A stretch of 64,000 bases of DNA from Botryllus schlosseri (lineage: Eukaryota), in NCBI GenBank assembly GCA_051294905.1, contig CM119372.1:29824001-29888000 (forward strand). The letters run 5' to 3'. Below the pieces are notes generated by a model. The model worked only from the letters and a program-made list of their open reading frames with translations. It was not told the origin of the DNA and searched no databases. Positions within the stretch are counted from its first letter, which is position 1. The number at the start of each line of letters is the position of its first letter. Position numbers and translations under genes: made by a program. Of the stretch, positions 53,790 to 64,000 are shown one piece after another.

Positions 53790-55589
53790 CAGTGGTTCTC
53801 AACCATTTTCACCTCGCGGACCGGTAAAATTTCAAAAAATATTCGGCGCACCGGTGGACTTTCAGAAATTGAAATCAACCCAAAATGTAGAGTATGTAGC
53901 CGTTTTTTGCGAGTTTATGGTGCTAGAGAGTGACATTTTTAGGGTTTTAATCGTAATTAATTATGTTCGTGATGGTATCCATGAGATTTTAAGGTGGTGA
54001 GTCTGCTGAGTCGAGGTAAAATTGCCTTTTCCAGATAAACGTGCTACCGCTGCGAGTCGTTTACAGTCTTTCGCGCCGTATGCCGTGGATTTAACCGACC
54101 ACGCCAACTCGAATAATTTTCTTCTCTTCGACAATATCGAGAGAAGAAGTGTTTTGGAGTCGAACCAAACACCTTGTCGTGCTACCTTACTGAATGGTCA
54201 TTGCTCAATACCACCAAGCGTAGGCTACTACGGATACAATGCGCCGCACGGAACACCTGACAACAGCTATACCTGGCCAATGGCCATACACAAAACCAGT
54301 GCCGAAAAGGTACGTCGTCAGTCAACCCCCCGAAAAACGTTCGTCTTGGGCCCCCACAGTTATATGGATGCTTTCGTCACTACTTGTGAGCACATCCATT
54401 CTACTTAGTGTAGGCAGAGAGTTTACGTTGCCTAATTGAGCGAAGCGTGGGAATTTTCTATAATTCATGACTGAATCCGTCAATAATACTGCGTACATAT
54501 TGCTATAATTTTTTGTATCATCCTCTCAGAATTGTTATCAGCAGATTCTCCGGTAGAGCTGAGGGAGGCGTCGTCTTGGAAAATTTATGGCATGTAATCA
54601 AATTAAACTTATTCGGGCTGGACTGTTGCAATAATTACTTCGTTGCATGTCATTTATTCATGACCTACTGTCTGTTATATGGCGAATAGATATTGAAATA
54701 GCTCAAGCGTAGGCTATCTTAGTAGCTATCTTAGTACTAAGATAAAAGAAGCACACGAATAAAAATTGCTATTTCTGCACTGGAAAATAACTTTTCTCTG
54801 TAGGATGGCGTTTTGCTGTGGGGTACAGTTTGCCACGACAGCAAATTTCGGCTCCAGCCATTTAGGTGCCTATGGACAATCTGACATATGTATATCGAGG
54901 TTTTCGGTCTGCCAAGGGTAGCTGTTTTCGGCCGAGGTTTTCTCGCTGCCAAATCTTTGGCACACTTTTCGCAGTCCCGTGTTAGCTCAAACTTCATCAT
55001 GTGTAGGTGCTTCGTGGCGCGGCAAAGGCTGACGCCGAAAATGCCAGATCTTACAAATCATGCGTATTTCTTGGCGGAAGGGCACCCAATATTCAATATA
55101 TTCAGTGACACAAAATTGGACAAAGAGTGAAAAATTTTGAAAGAGGTTGGATGAAGTTTCAACTAAAATAATCTATAATTTATGTTCATTCACGGAATAA
55201 CTTTGGGCTACCTTCAAGCTCGGTCCCTATCAATTACTGGTTTGTGGTCCGGCAGTTACTAGAGGGCCTAGGCCACTGCACAAAATGAATGAATGGAAAA
55301 CCAATCATCGTGCAAACTGCGCATTTTAGCGAGTCAGCTTGTACTTGTCGCTCGCATGTCGTCAAATGACACGGCTTGGACTTCAAGTCAAATGTTTCCA
55401 GATCTAATATTACCTCACGAAGTTCTCAATCAGTTTATATTTTGATGTTTTATTTATTTTATCAATAGACATGCCTTCAACATAATGTATCTGGAAATTA
55501 AGGTATAAAATTGTAAAATGCCTGACGGACCGGCAGGAAAGTCGTCGCGGACCGGCACCGGTCCGTGGACCGGCGGTTGAGAACCATTG
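53790..55589. mobile_element. hAT (Buster-like) MITE in the right arm
   Basis: TIR CAGTGGTTCTCAACC...GGTTGAGAACCATTG, TSD GTGTAAAG. Empty site near 40870. Related to ~18250-20318. Confidence 0.9.
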
Positions 55590-56532
55590 GTGTAAAGGCA
55601 AAGTACTTGTACATTTCGGAGTACTCAAGTATCAGTTTTGTCAGCTTATTATATGCTCAGTATATTATATGTCAAGAATTGTAGAGCATTTATGTGGGTG
55701 CTCCAGGGTGCTCTTCATTGAGTGTCCGTGGTGGGTGATAAGTTTAATTTGCAAAATTAGTGTGTTCAAACCAGGCCTGTCGCCAACATAGTGATGTCGC
55801 ATTAGCCCTAAATACACATAATAGAATATAAAGGAAAAGTATCATCTAACGTATAATGAATGTTATTTATTTCTCGGAAGCAAGTCATTATCCAAACATA
55901 GTGATCAAAATTATCGCAGAGCAATGCCGATTTGCGTAAATTCCGTTATTCGTCTGACTACGTTACTATAGGGATTATGTAGTCAGTTACGAAATTAGGT
56001 GTGCTATCTTCCCAATCGGTATGGAACAACATTAAAGCAAGTTATTATCTAAACATAGTGATCAAAATTATCGCAGAGCAATACCGATTTTGCGTGAATT
56101 CTGTTATGCGTTTTACTACGGTAGTATGCGCACCTGCTTACAGGTGTCCAGACGTGGACTTTCTACTATATTCGCTCCTAACATTAGAGCAGCACCCGAC
56201 GCAGCTTACATTATTACGTTATAAGACGCCGCCAGCGTTTCACTGTCGGTTTAAGTACCCTTATTCTAGTGACATAAAAAGGACTGAATCGTATGAAATG
56301 TGGTGACTACAAGAATCGAGCGAAAGCGCTGTTTCACGCCGTCTGGTCGTGCTGGATGCGTTTGTGACGTTAACGCTATTACTGATATAGTATGCTATTT
56401 TTTCGAAATATATGAACATTAATTAATTAGTGATGATGCCATTTCTCAATATTTACAGAGGTCTTGTGTATCATATATAGTCTTAAATACACATAAATGG
56501 ATTGCGCGAAATTGGAATTTAATCTTCTAACA

Positions 56533-57647
56533 CAGGGGTGGGCAAACTACGGCGGGCTACCGCGGGCCGCATGGGGCCCTCCACACCGTTCTATGTGGCC
56601 CGCGAGAGTCCAAAGAAACTTATTAAACATATTGAATAAATGCGCAATAAAAATCGCAATAATGCAGCGAATTGATTAAACTTTGTCTTAGCATATTTCA
56701 CCATGATAATTCTAAGACAGTTGTTCTCAAACTGGGGGCGCACCCCCTTGGGGGCTCGAAAGCATCTGAAAAAAGGGGCGAAGCTGAGCTCAACTGAATA
56801 AATTTTCGCGCTCTGCGCGATTTACATACAATTCCTAATTGTTGCACTGTATTTAGACTGAATTTCATATTTAAAAATCTCTCATCCACAGTCGTAACAT
56901 TCCATGCCATCAAACTATCAGTTCGGTTTACTAGCATCCTGGTTGCGTTTTGTTATATGCCGATAAGGGAGCACGGAATCTTTTACCGTAATACCACTGT
57001 TGTAATGAAAATACTTCCTATATTATTTTTACGTTAAATTTCTGGCGCGACAGCCCGATCTCAAGGCCCACGCAGTTCCAAAGGTTGCAACTGCTAAACA
57101 TCACAGAAATCCTGAACGAGATTCACATAATTCAGATTAAGAGAGTGATGATTTCAGATTGGCCAGTCCAGTGATGTGCTTATAAAAAGCGATTCGCGCG
57201 TGTCTTGCTTGGGTAGATTATGGTAGTCATGTTTATCTACACATAGGCTGGTATAGAAGCGTGTTTGAAGCTAACATGGTTATGATGCTGTCAGCATTGT
57301 GTGTCCTCGAACTGAACCAAAAGTGGAATTAGTAAATCTATAAACAGATCGCTGCTCATAGATATAAATTTCAATCCTGGTCTAAGAATTGGTACAACCG
57401 ACTTTCATCTCTATAGTTTTCACAAATAGGTTATTGAGGTCGTCGAGCCTGTGAAATCTCGCCACTGTTTTTGACGCGTGTACGAGATCACCAAAGCAAT
57501 GTTTAGATTGTTTTAAATAAGCATATATATTATCTCCATGTCCTCACTATATAGATCTATATAGAATCCCAATTTAACATAGTGGGGCCCGCGAATGGAT
57601 TCAAATGTTGAATGCGGCCCGCGAGCTCAAAAGTTTGCCCACCCCTG
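56533..57647. mobile_element. hAT (Buster-like) MITE in the right arm
   Basis: TIR CAGGGGTGGGCAAACT, TSD TTCTAACA. Empty site near 39940. Confidence 0.92.
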
Positions 57648-58127
57648 TTCTAACATGATGATGTGACAATGGGTGTGCTATAGGTGCGGCAGGTGACGTG
57701 GCAATGGGTGTCCTGTAGGCATGCCAATTAAGGCGACGTGGCGAAATTTGATTGGACGGCGCCAATTTCAGGTACCCTCACTACTGGTGTATTGAAAATA
57801 TCTGGAGTCGCAGTCGGAGTCGGTGGTAAAACGTACCGACTCAACAGCCTTGTTTACGTCACACGGTTAAGACTATGACAGGCTCTCAGACGTTAGCTAG
57901 CTTCAACTGGGTCCATTGCGATTATAATGAATTGTTTGAGCTTGTTTGCCATCTCGTGGCCTCCGGTGAACATTGTGGCTTCTTAAGAATACTGGAATCG
58001 TGCACGCGTACCGGGCCCAAGTAAAAGTATATTAATTTGGCAGACGCATGAGATTCCAGATTCCAAATTCACGTGGTGCAATATTTTTATTTGTTGGTCG
58101 AATTCGTCATAACATATCAACATAGAG

Positions 58128-59478
58128 CAGTGGTTCCCAACCTTTTTCGACTCATCGCCCCCTTTACAAACTCCACACCGATAATCGCCCCCCCAAATAT
58201 TGGGAACCGAAAAATGGGCATACAGACTGAAATCACCGGCGAGTTGACTACGAAAAAAGGTCCACTTTTCGGCTCGACCTCGAAATTACACTTTTCCAGC
58301 GAAATTTTGGTGAGTTGACTAACAAAAAAGGTGATTTCTCCGACTTGATTCCAAAAGGACCGTAACAGAACTTCGTCAGCTCCCCCCCCCAATACGTTGC
58401 TCTTGACCCCCTCCTCCATAGGGTGATAAAGCAAACTTCTGCACCCCTCAGACTCAACTCCCACGATACCTCTTTACCGCTACTTCTCAGCACAAATTGT
58501 TGAACTTTTTAGTTGGTGGGCCTAATTCGCGAAAAATTTCGATCATTCATGTTTGAATCGGTCAATATGATCGGGAATTGCATATATATTGCTGTCAATT
58601 TTTATCCTCTCTCTGCTCATATGCATTCATATTAACCGGTAAAGCTGAGTGAGGTGTCTTAGAAAATGTAGGGCCCGTAAATAATGATTGAACATATTCG
58701 GGCGGACCCGTGGTATAATGACTTCGCTACGTAATGACATTTCGTGGCCTGTCTGCTATGTCAAAAGATATTCAAATCGCCCATACGTACTAAACTAAAA
58801 GACGCACACGATTTCAAATTGGTATTTCTGCACTGACAATTAATTTTTCTCTGCGAGATAGCATTTTTTGTGGGGTTCTGATTGCCAGGACAGTAACATT
58901 TGGCGCCAGCCATTTAGGCGCCTATGGACAATTAAATATATATGTATATCGTATATATATCGAAGTCGGTCAGCATAAAGGCAGTCCTTTTCCGCCAAGG
59001 TTTTCTCGTTCTGGCACACTTCTCGGGGTCGCATGTTACATGGCCTGAAACTGCATATGTCTTGGTGCGTCATGGTGTGATAATGGCTGAGGCCGAGATG
59101 CCCATTTCTATAACTCATGCGTATTATTTCTTGGAGGAATGGTATTCCATAAGCAAGAAAAATGCGACCACGAAATTGCGCGCAACGCGAAAATTTTTTG
59201 GAAAAGTTACCCAAATTTCCAAAATAATACCCTATAATTAATATTAATTCACGAAAAAATTGTGGGCCCCCTTCGAGCTCTGGCCGCCCATGCCCATTGG
59301 GGGTTTGGGTGTGGCAGTTACGGTCATGGACGTTAATATAGCCATTTCAACGCGCCATCGCCCCCTATCGCCCCCTTCGTCCATTTTCGCCCCCCTATTC
59401 CCCCCTTGGCTATTTTCGCCCCCCTGGACCTACAAATCGCCCCCTGGGGGGCGATATCGCCCACGTTGGGAACCACTG
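58128..59478. mobile_element. hAT MITE (CAGTGGTTCCC family)
   Basis: TIR CAGTGGTTCCCAAC...GTTGGGAACCACTG, TSD ACATAGAG/ACGTAGAG. Confidence 0.88.
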
Positions 59479-60861
59479 ACGTAGAGGTTTCGGCAAAGAT
59501 TCGTCGGTCGTGGCTAGCTCCTGAATTCCGGTGTCTAATAGTCCAATACCGAGGGCTGACCAGTGAACACCTAGAAACTAAAGCTTCCTAGCGACCACAA
59601 ATAACACTATGAGAATATAACGTTCTCTCATCATCGTAAATAGAAGTGGATTAATTTCTGCAAATTATGCATCTTTTTATACCTTTTTCATTTGATTTGC
59701 GAAAGTGAGTACCCATATTAAAATCTAGAAATGTGGTGAAACTAATTCGCGAGAAGCATGAAGAAATGAGCAGAGGTGGTCAAAGTAGTAAAGAAAGCTA
59801 CTCGAGTAGAAGTAGCGAAGCAAAAATCTACTAATGTATGAGTAGAAGGTGTAGTTTTGAAGGCAACCCAAAACTGCATGAAGTGGAAGTAGAATTGAAT
59901 GACTTTGAATCTACTCAAGTGAGAAAGTAGGTAGTTGTGGAACCGGTCCTAATTCGTTCGCATGGACTGTGAAAAGCTGCAAATTGCGCTATGCGGAAGG
60001 TGAAGTGAGCTTGATTCATATTGAGGCATACCAGGAGGTATCAATTGTCGACAGAATAAGCATTTATCCGCATCATTGGACTCAAATGATAGTATTGAAA
60101 TGGCCCCCAGATAGTCTTCTTGCGGCCCCAAAAATATAATAACCCTTTTTTTTTGGGGGGGGGGGGGTCACTGGTGACCCAAGGTCAATTTCTCCCAATA
60201 TATAAGTCGTAGCGGACTGCTTTTGGTTTCTATGGAAAGCCTGCTATCTTCTGATTTATATGATACCTAATTTCAAGGTATAGGGCATGACAATTGTCGA
60301 ATACAGACGATCTTACATGAGGAGTTCGACTGAAAATACCCTTGTCTAAGACTTCCAGATATTTTCCGAGTGGGAAGTATAGTCAGAGATTCTGCCAGAA
60401 CATCAGAAGTCGACTTGTACGGTATTATGTGTAATTTATCACCGTTTCGAACATCAAACCTTGTTCTGGGGAGTTTTGTGAGGGGGTTTGTTAATTGCGG
60501 TCACGCTTCGGTGATTTTCAATAACATAGTCAAGTTCAAGTCCAAGTTGGCGACGGAATATTAGTCATAAACTGGTTTACTATGCCTGCAAATAGTGGGA
60601 TATGACCAAGCCCCGAACTACTGCCATCTCCGGCTAAGCAAATTTGCGTGATCACCATCTTACAGATGCATTGTGGGTAGTAGGCTGGACGACTTAGTAC
60701 AGGCGCTTATGGAAAAACGTCCAGTGTTAAAATATATTTGATTCGTAATAGGTTTGTAGTATTTTATACGAATGGAGCTTTGAATGAATAATCATCGTAA
60801 CATTCAAGATTTGTTTCAGCCCAATATCTCGTGTTTATCTGTGTTATCTGTGTATTTCGAC

Positions 60862-63800
60862 ATGTCGAAGACATCTCGTTTTGGTGGTAGTGTTTGTTGC
60901 GCCTATGGGTGCAGTAAAAGGCAGAAAAAGATATCCACGGAGTCATATATGAGAAGTAATAGCGATGGTAGTAGCGATGAAGAGTCTTTGGTAAAGCGTC
61001 GGCATCCAAGAACATTTCACCGGTGAGTGAATGGCAGAATAAGCAGGGCAGCAAGACTATCTTTGAAGAATCAGTTTCTATTTTGGTATAACCTTACCAT
61101 CATAGTCTGTCAATGTCCAGATGAGCCACAGCATTAATGAATAGGCCATGTTAACGTGTGATTATACTAGAACATTTTGTCACAAGTATATGGATGTTGG
61201 TATGATCAGAGCAGACTATATCATCAGTCCCAGCACAATGTCAGTTCATCAGTATACCTGTAATAGCCAGACATGGGGTGATTACTTCATGAATGTAATC
61301 GATTGCGATTACGATTACTCCTGAATGACGCGATTACGATTACGATTACGATTACAGCAAAATCAGGAAGTAGTCGATTACGATTACGATTACATTGGAA
61401 AAGTAATCACGATTACCCATGATTACATTTATTTTGCATCTTAGAAGTTATATTGGAAGACAATTATGGATTGCGCTGAAAAGGCCTAATGAGATAACAA
61501 ACTTCCATTAATAAGATGCGTCATTTGCTTGTTACGTCATAATGTAAATATTGCCCATTTTTATAGTGGACGATTTATCGCACCCAACGATTTGCATTCT
61601 TGCCAGGTCCATGACTGCCGCACCCCAAATTTCCCAATAGGGTGGGGAGCGAGCTCGAAGGGGACTTAAAAGTATTTCGTAAACCAACATAAATTATGGA
61701 GTATTTTCGAGAAATTTATCGAACTTGAAAATTGTGTTTTTTCAAGTTGTAAAATTATGCCATATTTGTGTAAATGCTTTCGAAAAACACGTTGTATGAG
61801 CCTACGGAGAATTGCCACCCGATTTAGCCGACATACATCGATATAGGAGGGTTGGAACCCCTCAAAATAGTCGGTTCAACAGTTATATTAAAGATATTTC
61901 GTCAAAGGAGCTATATTTACCCAATATTTTCAATTGTCAATGACAATCCACATTCGTGACGTCATTGCATAAAAAAAAAGAAATAATAAAAAGACATGTT
62001 TTAAGCAAGGGCTGTAAACAGGGGCCTTCTTTTAAACATGTTCGCTTTAAATTGATTTTTGTTTTAAAAGCAACCCTAATTTATAGTAATAGGCATTTAG
62101 GTTACAGCCAATACCGTGCCACGACACACCAAAAGACATATGCAGTTTCGACCAACACGCTACTTCACGAAGTGTGCTACTAAAGAAAGACCTTGGCCGA
62201 AACTTAGGGTATGTGCCCATTGTCAATAGCCGCGCTGGGTGGGCGTGACTATAGTCTGGTCCTTCCAATCTGATCCCACAATGCAAATGCCACTCCCGGA
62301 CACCCATAGAGCATTAAAGACATGACAATATGTGTGTGCGTCTCACGAAAGTTTTTTTCTTTTAGTCTGCTACGTTTGGGATACAACAATATCTTTTGAT
62401 TATATTACAGACCAGAGGCCATGAATTAACAACATACACTAAAGTAATTATATAACAAGATACCAGACGTAGATCTGACCATCGTGGGCAGAGAGAGGAT
62501 TAAAGATTAATAATAATATAATAATGCAATTACCAATGTTATTGACGACATTCAGTCTTCAAGTTGAAAATATCACACTATGGGGGCCAAAGACCAACGT
62601 TTAGACTAGGGACGAATTGCTGTTTTGGTTCTGATTCTAGCTATATTCCACGCTAACATGATATATAAGCCCATGGCTTTGACGGCAGTAGAGTCATATG
62701 AGAATAAGATTAAGACAATATAAAACTCTGCCTTCAACTGAATACTGATAATGTACTGCAAGCTGCCGTTACGAAAAACGGCAAAAACGGCTCGGTTATG
62801 ATATATATCAGCAGCTGTTGATATTTAATGCTTCGTTATATTTGACGAGTACAAAATTTCAACTCTTTGTCCGGTGTACGTACGTAGCCTACTACATAGG
62901 CCTACTGCTCGGTTAATCAGCAACGGTCAAACTGCGTTTAACTAAGCATAACCAAACATCAATGCACAAGTTACTATTTTAAACTAGGCAAAGTGGTGAT
63001 TAGTTATCCTGCTGCGAGGTACTATGGCGTGTGGAACGTGTTGATAAGCTGATAAACAGCACGGTGGGTGTTCTTACTATCACACTAATGTACGTACATT
63101 CAATATCTATTTACTGTGGATACTTCTTACGCAATGACTAGCAAAGCCAATAGGCTACTTCTGACGTAATAATGAGCAATGGCATTTGAAAATCAGACGC
63201 TTATGCTATCACGTAACTGGTATAACATCTCTTCCTTGTTCTCGAATATTCATTTCATTTCATAGTCCTTGTACAAATAAAAAGTAATCGTACTTTCACA
63301 AAGAAATCGATTAGATATGGGAAGTAGCCTAGTCGATTACGATTACGATTACTTCGGAATTTTTTCGAATGTAATCGATTGCGATTACGATTACTTGAAA
63401 ATGCTGTAATCGTCGTAATCGATTACGATTACTAATCGCGAATACCCCATGTCTGGTAATAGCATGACCAGCTAGGTCACTGTTTGAATTCTGTATGGGC
63501 AGTTCAGCCAATAACTACCTTAGTACTCAATCCTTGCTTAAAATTGTCGTGAAGGTTGGAGGTAGGACTAGAAGGAAAGGTATAAATAACGACAACACGG
63601 TTTTGTCCAGCATAGTTCAGTATAATAATTCTATTTTTCTGGTGCCAAATGTCCACAATACAGTTCAAATTGCTAATTCCGTGGTCGAGTTCATTATAGC
63701 TTCGTGCGTGCGAGAGGCGAGATGTTTTTTCTAGGTTTACCTTTGGCTTTGGATTTAAAAGGTTATCTAATAGTCTATCCTTCTGGGGTAGAAAGTAACA

Positions 63801-64000
63801 GATATATTTAAATCAAACAATATAATTTCACATATGTTCCTGCTACTTTTATCATCGTTCATAACAAAGAATGGTCAATTTGATGTGCTTTGTATCTTAG
63901 AATTACTTGTGAACTGATACAATGTTCCGTAGCCTACAACGCTGCTTTCCTACCAATGATTCCCTGAAAGAAAGATGGATAGAGTGTATTAGAAAAAAAT
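60862..64000 (+). CDS. THAP zinc-finger domain protein, 5' part (host gene or transposase)
   Basis: Exon 60862-61022 MSKTSRFGGSVCCAYGC...RTFHR with GTGAGT donor. In-frame continuation from the AG at 63931-63932: LQRCFPTNDSLKERWIECIRKK. Runs off the window. Confidence 0.7.
61268..63455. mobile_element. hAT-type MITE with (GATTAC)n subterminal arrays
   Basis: TIR CAGACATGGGGT...ACCCCATGTCTG, perfect TSD GTAATAGC. Partial relative at ~14030-14926. Confidence 0.9.

Larger units (their letters stand above)
39807..57785. mobile_element. Non-autonomous Polinton/Maverick-like element (17,979 bp) with giant inverted arms and host-gene cargo
   Basis: Termini AGTAGTGAGGGTACCTGAAATTGG...CCAATTTCAGGTACCCTCACTACT, 6-bp TSD GGTGTA (39801-39806, 57786-57791). 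Arms ~39807-45870 and ~50580-57785. Confidence 0.8.
33305..57852. mobile_element. GGAGTC-family hAT MITE split open by about 24 kb of nested insertions
   Basis: Left end CAGGGCTGCGGAGTCGG, right end CCGACTCAACAGCCTTG, perfect 8-bp TSD TTTACGTC (33297-33304, 57853-57860). The GGAGTC array is interrupted at 39806/57786. Confidence 0.75.

Noticed and set aside
56001..56306. ORF shared by both arms (mirror 40245-40466) as additional cargo
   Set aside because: The frame is not conserved between arms, it overlaps a short tandem repeat, and it has no recognisable domain.
39807..57785. Autonomous Polinton or endogenous virus
   Set aside because: No long ORFs and no recognisable pPolB, integrase, ATPase, protease or capsid motifs. 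The only RT-related ORF is a later LINE insertion with its own TSD.

Overview
Animal genomic DNA: AT-rich, short GT-AG introns, very dense in non-autonomous DNA transposons. A marine invertebrate such as an ascidian is a guess only. Host genes: the last exon of SCAP (+), a complete 3-exon CDC34/UBE2R2 E2 gene (-), a 4-exon secreted single-discoidin (F5/8 type C) gene (-) with a decayed partial duplicate, and the 5' end of a THAP-domain gene (+). Most of the rest is nested hAT-type MITEs with 8-bp TSDs, a piggyBac MITE, tRNA-derived SINEs and a 5'-truncated LINE. The main result is a ~18 kb element at 39807-57785. It has AGTAGT...ACTACT termini and a perfect 6-bp target duplication (GGTGTA), which are Polinton/Maverick hallmarks. 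Its inverted arms are multi-kb (~3.5 kb each once later insertions are removed). Each arm carries an intron-containing Mcl-1-like Bcl-2 family gene, and the centre holds a multi-exon NLR-type LRR-only gene. I see no polymerase, integrase or capsid gene. It looks like a non-autonomous Polinton-type vehicle with captured anti-apoptosis and innate-immunity cargo, now decaying.
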